A stretch of DNA of 64,000 nt from Candidatus Cloacimonadota bacterium (GTDB lineage Bacteria > Cloacimonadota > Cloacimonadia > G963667145): the NCBI GenBank assembly GCA_963667255.1, contig OY762940.1, positions 928,001-992,000 of the forward strand, written 5' to 3'. The translations under genes were made by a program, and so were the position numbers. Below, in pieces: positions 19,026 to 30,038 of this stretch; position 1 is the first letter of the stretch; every line of letters starts with the position of its first letter. The notes under the pieces were generated by a model that had not been told where the DNA came from, made no database searches, and saw only the letters and a list, made by a program, of their open reading frames with translations.

Positions 19026-20288
19026 ATGATTAAAATTGTTGAAAGTAAAGATTTGCCGAAGAGTTTTTTTGCTCCTTGTGACTATAGTGGAGAAGAGACT
19101 GTTCTAAAAATTTTGGACGATATTAAATCTCAAGGTGACAAGGCTGTCAGAAAATACTCTTTGGATTTTGACGGCGTTGATTTAGAAAAATTTTTGATAA
19201 GCAAAGCGGAGATAAGCAAAGCGTATTCTTTCTTGTCGAGTGAGCAGATAGAGGCGATAGAGTATTCCAAGAAGAATTTGGAAAAGTTTGCCGAGGCTCA
19301 ACTTGAGCAGTCCAAGAATTTTGAGTTGGAAACGGATAAAGGTGTTTGGTGTGGGCAGAGAGTTGTTCCGATAGAAAATGTGTGTGTCTATGCTCCTGGT
19401 GGCAATTTCCCTTTGCCTTCGTCTGTTTTGATGGGGGTTGTTCCTGCCAGAGTGGCGGGATGCAAAAGAGTTGTGGTTGCTTCTCCTCCGTGTTTTAGAG
19501 GGTCGGTCCATCCGGCGGTTTTGGTCGCTGCCGACATTGCGGGTGCTGATGAGGTCTATGCTGTGGGTGGTGTGCAAGCGATAGGCGGATTTGCTTTTGG
19601 CACAGAGTCTTTACCTCGGGTTGATTTGATAGTTGGTCCAGGCAATAAATTTGTAACTTTGGCGAAAAAAGCTGTGTATGGCGTGGTTGGCATCGACTTT
19701 ATTGCCGGTCCGTCGGAAGTGATGATTATTGCCGATAAGGTTGCCAATCCCGAATACATTGCTGCTGATATGCTCGCACAGGCGGAGCACGATGTCAATG
19801 CTAGTGCGTATCTGCTGACGGATGACAATTATTTGGCAAAAGAGGTGAGTGCTGAATTGGACAAGCAGTTGGAAAGTTTGGCTACACGGGACATTGCCAA
19901 GCAGTCTATAGAGAACAACAGCTACATTGTAGTGTGCGAGGATTTGCAGGAGGCTGTTTCCATTTCCAATCGTAGAGCTCCAGAGCATTTGGAGTTGCAG
20001 ACTGTTTGTAACAATGTTTTGTTGCCAAAACTTACCAATTACGGGTCGCTTTTTATCGGAGAGCAATCGGTAGAGGCTTTGGGCGATTATTCCGCAGGGG
20101 TCAATCACACTTTGCCTACAGGCTTGGCAGCACGATATACAGCGGGCTTATCTGTAAATAATTTTATCAAGAGACAAACAACTTTGCGAGTAGATGGAGC
20201 GAAAAAGGTAACTGAAGTTGCGGGAATTTTCGCCAAAATGGAAGGCTTGGATGCTCATTGCAAGTCAGTATTAAAAAGGCTCAATTAG
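19026..20288 (+). CDS. hisD: Histidinol dehydrogenase
   Basis: [39 protein letters not shown]. Confidence 0.96.
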   Translation: MIKIVESKDLPKSFFAPCDYSGEETVLKILDDIKSQGDKAVRKYSLDFDGVDLEKFLISKAEISKAYSFLSSEQIEAIEYSKKNLEKFAEAQLEQSKNFELETDKGVWCGQRVVPIENVCVYAPGGNFPLPSSVLMGVVPARVAGCKRVVVASPPCFRGSVHPAVLVAADIAGADEVYAVGGVQAIGGFAFGTESLPRVDLIVGPGNKFVTLAKKAVYGVVGIDFIAGPSEVMIIADKVANPEYIAADMLAQAEHDVNASAYLLTDDNYLAKEVSAELDKQLESLATRDIAKQSIENNSYIVVCEDLQEAVSISNRRAPEHLELQTVCNNVLLPKLTNYGSLFIGEQSVEALGDYSAGVNHTLPTGLAARYTAGLSVNNFIKRQTTLRVDGAKKVTEVAGIFAKMEGLDAHCKSVLKRLN

Positions 20289-20329
20289 TTTTTTGAGCAT
20301 AATAAAAAATAAAGGGAAAGGAGGGTAAT

Positions 20330-22039
20330 ATGACTGCGTTAATAATAATTGTTAGTCTGTTGCTTTATGTGTTGTTGTACAAATCGTACGGCGGTAAGCT
20401 GACTGAAATGGTCAAGGCAAATGATGATAATGAAACACCTGCCAATCGTTTGGAAGATGGTGTTGATTATGTTCCTGCAAGAGCTTCTGTTCTTTTTGGA
20501 CATCACTTTGCTTCTATCGCCGGTGCTGCACCGATTATCGGTCCTGTGCTTGCTTTGGCTTGGGGCTGGTTGCCTGCAATTTTGTGGATTTGGTTTGGGA
20601 ATATTTTCATTGGTGCGGTGCATGATTATTTAGCTGTAATGGCTTCTGTCCGCTATGATGGTAAATCTGTCCAATTTGTGGCTGCCGATGTGATAGGACA
20701 TCGAACCAGTAGGATTTTCTATTGGTTGGTTCTTTTCATGATTATCTTGGTAATCTCTGCCTTTGGTGCTGTGGTAGTGGGGATGTATGTTAGACAACCT
20801 GATGTTGCCTCATCTTATGTTCTCAAACTTATTGCAGCTCTTATTTTGGGTGTCTTGATGTACAGAGTTAAGATGAATTTTAGACTTGCTACTGCGATAG
20901 GTATTGTCCTGTTGATACTTGCTATTATAGGTGGTATTCAGATGCCCATTAAGCTTGGCTGGGGAACTTGGATGATTATCGTTGGTGTTTACATTGTGTT
21001 GGCATCAGCTGTTCCGGTCAATGTTTTGTTGCAACCTAGAGATTATCTTAACTCTTGGCTTTTGTATTTTGGATTGGTTGTCGGTCTTATCGCTGCTGTA
21101 TTTAGTTTCCACGGATTTACTGCTCCGGCATTTACCTCTTTCGCTCCTATTATCTCCGGTGGCAAACCAACTCCGTTTTGGCCGGCTATTGTGCTGATTA
21201 TTGCTTGCGGTTCTTTGTCAGGTTTCCATGCATTGGTTGGTTCGGGCACTACTTCCAAACAAGTTAGCAAAGAAGGCGATGTAAAAATTATCGGTTACGG
21301 GGCTATGCTTACGGAAGGTTTCCTTTCTACAGTAGTTCTTGTTGCTGTTGCCGGATTCTCTTTTGGTATTTTGCAAGATGCCGGCACGGGTCTTACTCTT
21401 GAAAATTGGGGAACTAAATATACAGGTGCTATGATGAGCACTTTCCCGAGTGCCGCTATGTTTGTTGAGTCTTATGCCAAGATGGTGGGAAGCACATTCC
21501 TTAGTTTTTTACCTGTAGAGTTCGTGAAAGTAATTGCTGGTATGTGGGTTTCTTCTTTTGCTATGACCACTTTGGACACAACCAACCGTTTGGGTAGATA
21601 CGCTATCAATGAAGTTTGTGCACCGCTTAAAGGAAAATCTGACGGCTTGCATTCTCTCCTCACCAACAAATGGGTAGCCTCTTCTATTCCTGCTTTGGTA
21701 GGTATGCTTTTGGCTTACACCAAGAGCTTCACAATTTTGTGGCCTTCTTTCAGCACGGCAAATCAACTATTAGCTTCTATCACATTGTTTACCAGTGCTG
21801 CTTGGTTGGCTAAAAGGCTCAATGTTAAAAACTTGAATATGGTTCTCGTGCCTGCCTATCTTTTGTGGTTTACGGTGACTGCCGCTATTTTGTGGTTCAG
21901 TTTTGTTGTTCTTCCGGGGACCATAGCAGCCAAACCTGTTACCGGTTACACTGTGATGGCGATAGAAGTTATTATGATAATTCTCAATTTTATTTTCTTC
22001 TATGATTTTCTTAAAAGTAGAAGAGAGTTAAAAAATTAG
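20330..22039 (+). CDS. cstA: Carbon starvation protein A family transporter
   Basis: DGVDYVP, GHHFASIAGAAPIIGP, IACGSLSGFHAL, TTLDT. Confidence 0.93.
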   Translation: MTALIIIVSLLLYVLLYKSYGGKLTEMVKANDDNETPANRLEDGVDYVPARASVLFGHHFASIAGAAPIIGPVLALAWGWLPAILWIWFGNIFIGAVHDYLAVMASVRYDGKSVQFVAADVIGHRTSRIFYWLVLFMIILVISAFGAVVVGMYVRQPDVASSYVLKLIAALILGVLMYRVKMNFRLATAIGIVLLILAIIGGIQMPIKLGWGTWMIIVGVYIVLASAVPVNVLLQPRDYLNSWLLYFGLVVGLIAAVFSFHGFTAPAFTSFAPIISGGKPTPFWPAIVLIIACGSLSGFHALVGSGTTSKQVSKEGDVKIIGYGAMLTEGFLSTVVLVAVAGFSFGILQDAGTGLTLENWGTKYTGAMMSTFPSAAMFVESYAKMVGSTFLSFLPVEFVKVIAGMWVSSFAMTTLDTTNRLGRYAINEVCAPLKGKSDGLHSLLTNKWVASSIPALVGMLLAYTKSFTILWPSFSTANQLLASITLFTSAAWLAKRLNVKNLNMVLVPAYLLWFTVTAAILWFSFVVLPGTIAAKPVTGYTVMAIEVIMIILNFIFFYDFLKSRRELKN

Positions 22040-22059
22040 AGTTTTTAGAATTTTAGTTA

Positions 22060-22332
22060 ATGCTTAAATTTGATTTTCTAAAAAGGGCATGGGAGACCTT
22101 TGAGACGGTTCATCGGGGAAGAGCGACAGAATTATTGCAAAACGAGTTGGATGAGTTGGAAAATGTTTTTTGCTTGTTGTCGATGAGTTGTTTGGTTGGG
22201 TTTCCCATGCCTATGTTTTATCATAGCTTGGAGTATTTGCCCGATTTGCAGAATGAATTGAAGATGTTTTATCTGAAAGCGGAGAGGTCGGACGATATGC
22301 TGGCGACTATTGCGGCGATGAGTGAACTGTGA
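22060..22332 (+). CDS. Small CstA-associated protein (cory-CC-star-like)
   Basis: ELENVFCLL...VGFPMP pattern; lies between cstA and an ArsA ATPase. Confidence 0.65.
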   Translation: MLKFDFLKRAWETFETVHRGRATELLQNELDELENVFCLLSMSCLVGFPMPMFYHSLEYLPDLQNELKMFYLKAERSDDMLATIAAMSEL

Positions 22333-23237
22333 AAATAGCATTTTTTTTGGGTAAAGGTGGAGTAGGAAAATCCACATGCTCTTCGGCTTTGGCTTATCAG
22401 TTGGCTGATAGCGGAGAGAAAACGCTGTTAGCTTCTTTTGACCCCGCACACAATTTGGGAGATATTTTCGGATTGAATTTGTCAGGGAAGATAAAGGAAT
22501 TTTGTCCCAACTTGGATTTGCTGGAGATAGATTTGCGAAAATCAACCGAAAACTACATAGCCAAAACCCAAGAGTTGATAAAGCAAGTATATTCATACAA
22601 TTCGGCTTACAATGTAGATGGATATTTCAATCTTTTTCGTTATTTGCCAGGTATTCAGGAATATGCTTCCATTACTGCTTTGCTCGATTTGGTGCGAGAG
22701 CAGGGCGATAATTACACAAACATAATTTTGGACACTCCGCCGACTGGCTTGACTTTGCGTGTGCTGGCTCTGCCGATGATATCGATAAAGTGGCTAAAGC
22801 AACTGAAAAACTTGCGGGAAAAAATTTTGGACAAACGGCATGCGATAGCTTCCATCAACGACAGTGAAAACAAATTGCGTTGCAAAGAAGCGATGAAAAC
22901 GGACAAGGTTTTGCTCAAGGTTTGCCGAATGCTTAGCGATTATCAGAAGTTTGACGAGTTGCTGAAAAGCGAGAGTGTAAAGTGCGGAATTGTTGTTAAT
23001 CCCGATTTTTTGTCTCTGCGTGAATCTGTGCGGATAAAGGACGGTTTGCAAGAGATTGGAATTAAGAGCAAGTTTTTGATAATCAATAAGGTTACGGATG
23101 ATGACGGTGAGGCTGTGAAGAAGGCAAAAGCCTCTTTGAGCGATGGGAATACGATTGATATTGAGATTCCGTGCAATTCCGACTCGTATAGACTTGGCTG
23201 TGATTTGACGAAAATTTTAGACGGTAATTGTGTTTGA
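22329..23237 (+). CDS. ArsA/Get3-family ATPase (single domain)
   Basis: GKGGVGKST, DPAHNL, PGIQE, DTPPTG, INK. Confidence 0.9.
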   Translation: MKIAFFLGKGGVGKSTCSSALAYQLADSGEKTLLASFDPAHNLGDIFGLNLSGKIKEFCPNLDLLEIDLRKSTENYIAKTQELIKQVYSYNSAYNVDGYFNLFRYLPGIQEYASITALLDLVREQGDNYTNIILDTPPTGLTLRVLALPMISIKWLKQLKNLREKILDKRHAIASINDSENKLRCKEAMKTDKVLLKVCRMLSDYQKFDELLKSESVKCGIVVNPDFLSLRESVRIKDGLQEIGIKSKFLIINKVTDDDGEAVKKAKASLSDGNTIDIEIPCNSDSYRLGCDLTKILDGNCV

Positions 23238-23258
23238 TTTAAGGAGAAAGGGAGTAAA

Positions 23259-23879
23259 ATGGAACAAAGTCCAATTTTTTATCTGTTTATAGTTCTCACT
23301 TTTGCTTTGGCTTTTAGCTATTTTGTGGGTGCCAGACGGAACAAAAAGATGTCCAGAGCTATTTTTAGGAACTTGGAGGATATTTTTCAACCGAGCAAGA
23401 AAACTTACACCAACATTGGTGGTTTGATAGGTTACAATTTTGTTTATGCCAAATTGAAAGCGAAGAAATTTTCTCGGGTGAACGGTGTGCTCACTTTGCT
23501 CCCGAGACAGTCTCCTCTGTATTTGCCAATCTCCAAATTTTTTGGGAGAAACGATAAACTGTATATGACAATTTTTGTGACGAATGTCGATTTAGGCTCT
23601 GTTTGGCATATTGTGCACAGCAAATGCAAAGAGCGAATAGACTTGCAAAATCTGCAATGCCAGAGCATTAAAGCTAATGGTCAGTCCGTGAATTTGTTTT
23701 GTCAAGAGGGTAGCGATGTGGCTGCAATTGAGAAATTTGTCGAAGAGCACAATTTCAAGTATTTGCGACATTTGGCATATCATCCCGAAGACAAGTGTTT
23801 TTCTTTGATGCTAAAGCCGGGCAATATCTCCGAAGAGTTTGCTCAGATTTACAAATTTATTACTTCTTTGATTGGTTAG
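23259..23879 (+). CDS. Hypothetical single-TM protein, fourth gene of the cstA cluster
   Basis: Strong RBS; N-terminal TM helix, then YFVGARRN...LTLLPRQSPLY. Confidence 0.7.
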   Translation: MEQSPIFYLFIVLTFALAFSYFVGARRNKKMSRAIFRNLEDIFQPSKKTYTNIGGLIGYNFVYAKLKAKKFSRVNGVLTLLPRQSPLYLPISKFFGRNDKLYMTIFVTNVDLGSVWHIVHSKCKERIDLQNLQCQSIKANGQSVNLFCQEGSDVAAIEKFVEEHNFKYLRHLAYHPEDKCFSLMLKPGNISEEFAQIYKFITSLIG

Positions 23880-24001
23880 AGCATCTCTATTCTTTAATTT
23901 TCCTGAATTTTCATTTTGGATTGGTTTCTCTATTATTTGGAAAAAGATTTTGACAAACAACCATACAAAAAAAGTATCGCAAAAATTGTAAAGGACTGTT
24001 T

Positions 24002-25372
24002 ATGAGCAAATTGATGGTGAGCGTGTCAGGAATGCGTGGAATCTATGGTAAAGATCTTTTACCGGAAAATGTTGTTAAGGTTGCTGCCAAATTTGGATTG
24101 AACCAAGGTGGTGGCAAGATAGTGGTGGGAAGGGACAGTCGAACTACCGGTATAGCGATGTTGCACAGTGTCAAAGCCGGACTTCTGAGTGTCGGTTGCA
24201 CCGTGGTGGATATCGGGGTTGTTTCTACTCCTACGGCTCTGCTCAAGGTGGAAAACTCCGATGCTAATGGGGGTATTGTTATTACCGCCAGTCACAATCC
24301 ATCGCAATGGAACGCCATGAAATTTGTGGATAGCAACGGACTTTTTTTGTATCCTGATAAAGCCAAAAAATTTATCGATTCGCTTGATGAACCTCCTGAA
24401 TATTCTGCTTGGAATAAAATGGGTTCGGAAGAGGTTGATGATAACGCCGTGGAAGAACATTTGGAGAAAATCTTAAATCTTTCCTTTTTGAATTTGGATT
24501 TGATTAGGGAAAAGAGGTTTATGGTTGCTCTGGATAATGTCAACGGTGCCGGTGGGCAGATTTGTTTGGAGCTGCTGAATAGGCTTGGCTGTGTGGTGGA
24601 GAGCATCAATACCGAGGCTAACGGAGTGTTTGCTCACGATCCGGAACCGCTGAATAAAAATCTCGGGCAATTGTGTGAGTTGGTGAAATCTACTGGTGTT
24701 GATGTCGGTTTTGCGACTGACCCCGATGTGGACAGATTGGCGATTGTGGATGAGACTGGCGAGTGCATTGGCGAGGAAAAGAGTTTGCTTTTGAGCGAAG
24801 ATTTTATCTTGTCTAAAACGCTCGGAGATATAGTTACGAATTTGTCTTCGTCTATGGGTAGTGACGATTTGGCAGAAAAATACGGGGTTAAACTTTACCG
24901 CGAGAAAGTAGGCGAAATCAATGTTGGAAGCAAGATGAAAGAGATAGGTGCTGTGGTCGGTGGAGAGGGGAACGGGGGAATAATCTGCTCCGAGTTGCAT
25001 TATACTCGCGATGCTATCGTGGGGATTGCGATTGTTTTGAATTATATGGCTTCTTCGGGCAAGAAATTGTCGGAGTTGAGCGATGAGTTGCCAACATACT
25101 ATTTTGCCAAAAAGAAAGTTGAGACCGAGTTTGAGAATTTGGACAAGGTGATGGAGTTAGCGGAGAAGTTGAGCAAAGACGATGCTTTTTGGTCTGGAGA
25201 GACAAAAAATTTGGATACACGAGACGGAATAAAAATTTCCGGAGATAAGAAGTGGGTGCATATCCGCAAAAGCGGCACTGAGCCTATTGTCAGAGTTTAT
25301 GTTGAGGCTGAGACAGAGGCGAAAGCCAAAAAAATTTGTAACGAAGTTTGTGCGAAAATCACGGAATTTTAG
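24002..25372 (+). CDS. glmM: Phosphoglucosamine/phosphomannomutase
   Basis: TASHNP, DPDVDR, GEGNGG, RKSGTEP. Confidence 0.85.
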   Translation: MSKLMVSVSGMRGIYGKDLLPENVVKVAAKFGLNQGGGKIVVGRDSRTTGIAMLHSVKAGLLSVGCTVVDIGVVSTPTALLKVENSDANGGIVITASHNPSQWNAMKFVDSNGLFLYPDKAKKFIDSLDEPPEYSAWNKMGSEEVDDNAVEEHLEKILNLSFLNLDLIREKRFMVALDNVNGAGGQICLELLNRLGCVVESINTEANGVFAHDPEPLNKNLGQLCELVKSTGVDVGFATDPDVDRLAIVDETGECIGEEKSLLLSEDFILSKTLGDIVTNLSSSMGSDDLAEKYGVKLYREKVGEINVGSKMKEIGAVVGGEGNGGIICSELHYTRDAIVGIAIVLNYMASSGKKLSELSDELPTYYFAKKKVETEFENLDKVMELAEKLSKDDAFWSGETKNLDTRDGIKISGDKKWVHIRKSGTEPIVRVYVEAETEAKAKKICNEVCAKITEF

Positions 25373-25392
25373 AAATTTTATCAGAGTAGGAA

Positions 25393-27438
25393 ATGGATTT
25401 TTTATTTGAAATTGGAACGGAAGAGATACCGGCAGGCTATATAGCAGGTGCTGTTGAGCAACTTGTGAAGTTTTTTCAAAAAGGCTTGGATGAGGCTGAA
25501 TTGAGTTTTGACGATTTGCAAGTTTTTGACACTCCGCGAAGAATGGCAATTTTGCTCAAGGGTTTGCCTGAGGGTCAACAAGATAAAGTTGTGGAGAAGA
25601 TTGGTCCGAAGGTGGAAGTTGCCTATGCGGAGGATGGCAAGAGTCTGTCCAATGCTGGCATGGGTTTTCTTCGCAGTAGTGGGTGTGATGAGTCGCAGGT
25701 TTTTGTTGTTGAGAGCAAAAAGGGGAAGAATATTGCCGTGAAGTTCGAGCAAAAAGGGCAGAAGACGAGCGAAATTTTGTCTCAACTTTGCACGGAATGT
25801 GTCTCAGCTATCAATTATCCCAAGTCGATGAAATGGGGTAGCGAGAGTTTTTTGTTTGCCAGACCCGTTCGTTGGTTGGTGGCTTTGCTGGATGATGAAG
25901 TTGTCAGCGTAGAGATTGCCGGCGTTAAATCGGGTAGAGTTACAAATTCTCACAGAGAGTTTGGGGGAAAACACGAGTTAGCTACTCCGAGTGATTATGA
26001 AGCTATTTTGTTGAGCGGTAGGGTTATCGCTAGTCGCAAGAAGAGATTTGAAAATGTTTTGCATCAATTTAACGAGTTGGATTTGGAAGTGGTTGAGGAT
26101 AATAAGTTGATGAATTTGGTTTGTGATATAGTTGAATATCCTGTCGTGATGGTCGGCGAATTTGACGAGAAATTTTTGGAATTGCCGGAGAAGATTATTA
26201 TCACTACTCTCTGTGAACATCAGAAGTGCTTTGCCACTCGTAAGAATGGGAAGTTGACGAACAAGTTTGTTTTTGTCTCCAACGGCAAAAAAGAGAATAG
26301 CGAGCTTATCATTGTGGGAAATCAGAAGGTGGCTAAGGCTCGCCTATCCGATGCGAAGTTCTTTTATACGGAAGACACCAAAAAGCCGCTGGCGGACTAT
26401 TATCAAGATTTGGAGCAAGTTACTTTTCAGCAGGATTTGGGTTCGCTGCTCTCCAAAGTGCAAAGAGTTGAGAAGATTTGTTCGTATTTGGCGGAAAGGT
26501 TAGCGATTGAAAATACTGATAGCTTGGATTTGGCTGCAAAGTTGTCCAAGTGTGATTTGGTGACCACGATGTTGGGCGAGAAGGAGTTTACCAAATTACA
26601 GGGGTATATGGGTCATCAATACGCTTTGGCTACGGGAGTTGACGCCTCCGTTGCTTTGGCGATAGAGGAACATTATTTGCCGAAAGGTTTGGGTGGAGAT
26701 TTGCCGACAACGGATTTGGGAGCGATTTTGGCTATTGCCGATAAGATTGATACTATTTGCGGAATTGTGGGAATCGGTATGCTTCCGACAGGTTCTGCCG
26801 ACCCATTTGCTCTCAGGCGTGCAGCTACGGGGATTTGCAGGATTATTTTGGATAGAAATTTGGATTTTGATTTGGTTGCGTTGGTTCAAAAGAGTTTCGC
26901 TCTTCAGCCCGATTGTGTGGACAGGAAGCACATCGATTTCGTTGTGGATTACCTGATGCAAAGAGTGAAGTATGTTTTCAGCCAAAACGAGGTTAAGGAC
27001 GATTTGCTTGTGGCTTTGCTTGGTGACCTATCGGAGATGAATTTAGCTAAGATTAGCAAGAAGATTGCAGTGTTGCAACCGATGTTGGCGATGGAGGAGT
27101 TCTTGCAATTGGTTTTGAGTTGCAAGAGAATCGATAACATCTTGATATCCGCCAAGCCTGAGGGAAAAGTAGCGGAAAATCTTTTGACGGAAGAGATGGA
27201 AGTAGAGTTGTATAATTTTTTCCAAAATCTCAAGTTGAGTGAAATTGATGATTTTGAGCAAAAGATAGCTAAGCTGATTGATTTTACTAGCGTTATCAAT
27301 AGGTTCTTCGACAAAATTATGGTGAATGCTGAGGACGAGAAGATTAAGAAGAACAGATGGAATTTGTTGGCTGCAATTAGAGAGGAGATTAAGGGCGTGA
27401 TGGATTTTGGCAAAATAGAAACGGGAGAGTTGAAATAA
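25393..27438 (+). CDS. glyS: Glycine--tRNA ligase beta subunit
   Basis: LFEIGTEEIP, TPRR, FARPVRW, LQGYMG, GSADPFALRR. Confidence 0.95.
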   Translation: MDFLFEIGTEEIPAGYIAGAVEQLVKFFQKGLDEAELSFDDLQVFDTPRRMAILLKGLPEGQQDKVVEKIGPKVEVAYAEDGKSLSNAGMGFLRSSGCDESQVFVVESKKGKNIAVKFEQKGQKTSEILSQLCTECVSAINYPKSMKWGSESFLFARPVRWLVALLDDEVVSVEIAGVKSGRVTNSHREFGGKHELATPSDYEAILLSGRVIASRKKRFENVLHQFNELDLEVVEDNKLMNLVCDIVEYPVVMVGEFDEKFLELPEKIIITTLCEHQKCFATRKNGKLTNKFVFVSNGKKENSELIIVGNQKVAKARLSDAKFFYTEDTKKPLADYYQDLEQVTFQQDLGSLLSKVQRVEKICSYLAERLAIENTDSLDLAAKLSKCDLVTTMLGEKEFTKLQGYMGHQYALATGVDASVALAIEEHYLPKGLGGDLPTTDLGAILAIADKIDTICGIVGIGMLPTGSADPFALRRAATGICRIILDRNLDFDLVALVQKSFALQPDCVDRKHIDFVVDYLMQRVKYVFSQNEVKDDLLVALLGDLSEMNLAKISKKIAVLQPMLAMEEFLQLVLSCKRIDNILISAKPEGKVAENLLTEEMEVELYNFFQNLKLSEIDDFEQKIAKLIDFTSVINRFFDKIMVNAEDEKIKKNRWNLLAAIREEIKGVMDFGKIETGELK

Positions 27439-27448
27439 CTTAATTAAT

Positions 27449-27802
27449 ATGACGAAGGTATCTAAAAATATGCATTTGAGGCTGTTCGAGCTTTTTGGTA
27501 ACCCAAACCAGAAGTCAAAAAACAGCTATAGAATAATGAGTAGCGGAGAGCGGGAGTTTTTTACCGGCTCTGCTCAATCTTATTTGCTTGATTTGCTTTA
27601 CAGTTCTTCTATCGATTCGGGGACTTTCGAGACTATTATGGAGGTTTCGGGTGGTTTCTACCGATTTTACAAAGAAAAAATAGAAGTTGAAAATCTGAAA
27701 AAAATTGTGGAGTCTGTTGTTTTTTCGGGAGAAGAGAGCAGCGCGGATGCCAATATCAGTTTGATGGACAAGATTTATCCCGAAGAGGACGAGGTTAATT
27801 AA
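27449..27802 (+). CDS. DUF494/Smg-like protein
   Basis: RIMSSGEREF...YLLDL...FETIME pattern; directly upstream of topA. Confidence 0.55.
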   Translation: MTKVSKNMHLRLFELFGNPNQKSKNSYRIMSSGEREFFTGSAQSYLLDLLYSSSIDSGTFETIMEVSGGFYRFYKEKIEVENLKKIVESVVFSGEESSADANISLMDKIYPEEDEVN

Positions 27803-30013
27803 ATGGCAAAGAGCTTGTTAATAGTAGAGTCGCCGGCGAAGAGTAAAACGATTTCCAAATTTTTGGGGAGTAATTTTCGGATTGAGTCGTCCATGGGTCA
27901 CATCCGTGATTTGCCCAAGAGTAAATTGGGTGTGGATGTAGAAAACAATTTTGAGGTTAAATATACTAACGACAGGTCTAAAACAAAGATTACCAAAATA
28001 TTGAGGGAAGCTGCGAAAGAGGCTAAGGATATCTATTTGGCTGCTGACCCCGATAGGGAGGGAGAGGCGATTGCTTGGCATTTGACGGAGCTCCTGAAGA
28101 AAGAGATTAAAGATAAGCCTGTTTATCGGGTGATTTTCAATGAGATAACTCAGAGTGCGGTGCAAAAGGCGGTGCAAAATCCGCTTGATATTGATATGAA
28201 TATGGTGGATTCGCAGCAAGCACGAAGAGTTTTGGACAGGTTGGTTGGGTATGGGATTTCGCCATTAATTTGGCGAGTTATTTATTACGGACTGTCTGCG
28301 GGCAGAGTGCAATCGGTGGCGTTGAGGATTATTTGTGAGCGAGAAGAGTTGATTAACGCTTTTGTTTCGGAAGAGTATTGGGAGATTTTTGGGTTTTTCG
28401 GCAAAAGCAAATATTCGCCGTTCAAAGCTAAATTGGTTGCGATTGCGGGAGAAAAAGCCGAGTTTGTCAACAAAGAGCAGGTTGACGATTTTCTGAGCAA
28501 AATTGCCGGAAAGAGTGTAAAGATTGCCAATATTGTGGAGAGCGAGAGACAAAATCATCCGTTTCCGCCTTTCATAACTTCTACCTTGCAGAGAGCGGCT
28601 TCCACTTATTTGGGCTTTTCCGCCAAACGCACGATGTCTGTAGCTCAAAGGCTTTACGAAGGAATTGACTTAAAAAAACAAAGTGTCGGACTGATAACAT
28701 ATATGCGTACCGATTCCGTGCGGATGTCCGAGCAGGCTGTGCAAGCGAATAGAGAGTTCATTGTTGAGAATTTTGGGCAAAATTCGCTTGAGCCAAAGCC
28801 ACGATATTTCCAAGCCAAAAAAGGAGCTCAAGATGCTCACGAGGCTATCAGACCCACGGATGTCAGCAAAACTCCCGAGAGTATCAAAGAATTTTTGACT
28901 TCTGAGCAATTTAAACTTTATGAACTGATTTGGCAGAGATTTGTGGCTACACAGATGAAGCCTGCCGTGGTAAAATCCAAGAAAGTGGAAGTCGAAAAGG
29001 GTGATGCTCTTTTTGAGGCTCAAGGCGGTCATATTGTTGACCCCGGATTTACCGCTTGTTATAGGTTTACCAAGCTGTCGCTGGGAGAAAACATTGACCC
29101 CGCTTATAGCGTTGGGGACAATCTGGATATAGAGGAAATCTCGCCGGAGCAAAAGTTTACCACTCCGCCTGCTCGCTATACGGAGAGCTCGCTCATCAAG
29201 GAGTTGGAGAGCAATGGTATTGGCAGACCATCTACTTACGCCAATATTTTGTCAACTATCCAAGACAGAGGTTATGTTGAGTTGCAGGAGAAGAAATTTT
29301 ACGCTTTGGAGTTGGGTGTTGCTGTGAACAATTTTTTGGTAGGCAGTTTCGATTCATTTTTCAATACGGAATTTACTTCCGCAATGGAAAGCGATTTGGA
29401 CGAAATCAGCAGAGGGAAGCTGGATTGGAAAAAGTTTTTGAAGATTTATAATGATGCTATGTGTGGGTTGATGGACAAGGTAAATATCAAGAAAGCCAAA
29501 GAAAAATTGGTGATTTCAACCAAGACGAAATGTCCTGATTGCGGTAAAAATTTGGTTATCAAGTGGGGTCGCAACGGACAATTTTTGACATGTAGCAACT
29601 ATCCTACTTGTAAATTTTCGGCGAATTTTAGCAAAGACTCCAACGGGAAGATTGTTATCGAGAAAGAGAAAGTTTTGGACGATGTTTGCCCTGAATGTGG
29701 TAGCAAGTTGACTATCAAAAAAGGGAGATTTGGCGAATTTGTGGCTTGCACGGGTTATCCTAACTGCAAATTTTCCAAGCCTTTGACTCTGGGTGTGAAG
29801 TGTCCTGAATGTGGTGTGGGCGAGATTACGCAGAAGATGAGCAAGAAAGGCATTTTTTATGCATGCACCGAATATCCTAAGTGCAAGTTTGCTACGAGCT
29901 ACAAGCCGATTCCTATCACTTGTCCCGAGTGTGGCAATCCTTATATGGAGTTGAGGACGAAAAAAGGTAAAGAGATAAAAGTCTGTCCCAAGTGTGGACA
30001 AGAAGTGATATAA
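27803..30013 (+). CDS. topA: DNA topoisomerase I
   Basis: IVESPAK, DPDREGE, SAGRVQS, ITYMRTD, C-terminal zinc ribbons. Confidence 0.97.
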   Translation: MAKSLLIVESPAKSKTISKFLGSNFRIESSMGHIRDLPKSKLGVDVENNFEVKYTNDRSKTKITKILREAAKEAKDIYLAADPDREGEAIAWHLTELLKKEIKDKPVYRVIFNEITQSAVQKAVQNPLDIDMNMVDSQQARRVLDRLVGYGISPLIWRVIYYGLSAGRVQSVALRIICEREELINAFVSEEYWEIFGFFGKSKYSPFKAKLVAIAGEKAEFVNKEQVDDFLSKIAGKSVKIANIVESERQNHPFPPFITSTLQRAASTYLGFSAKRTMSVAQRLYEGIDLKKQSVGLITYMRTDSVRMSEQAVQANREFIVENFGQNSLEPKPRYFQAKKGAQDAHEAIRPTDVSKTPESIKEFLTSEQFKLYELIWQRFVATQMKPAVVKSKKVEVEKGDALFEAQGGHIVDPGFTACYRFTKLSLGENIDPAYSVGDNLDIEEISPEQKFTTPPARYTESSLIKELESNGIGRPSTYANILSTIQDRGYVELQEKKFYALELGVAVNNFLVGSFDSFFNTEFTSAMESDLDEISRGKLDWKKFLKIYNDAMCGLMDKVNIKKAKEKLVISTKTKCPDCGKNLVIKWGRNGQFLTCSNYPTCKFSANFSKDSNGKIVIEKEKVLDDVCPECGSKLTIKKGRFGEFVACTGYPNCKFSKPLTLGVKCPECGVGEITQKMSKKGIFYACTEYPKCKFATSYKPIPITCPECGNPYMELRTKKGKEIKVCPKCGQEVI

Positions 30014-30038
30014 AAAAATTTATTAAGGAGAGTCAATT

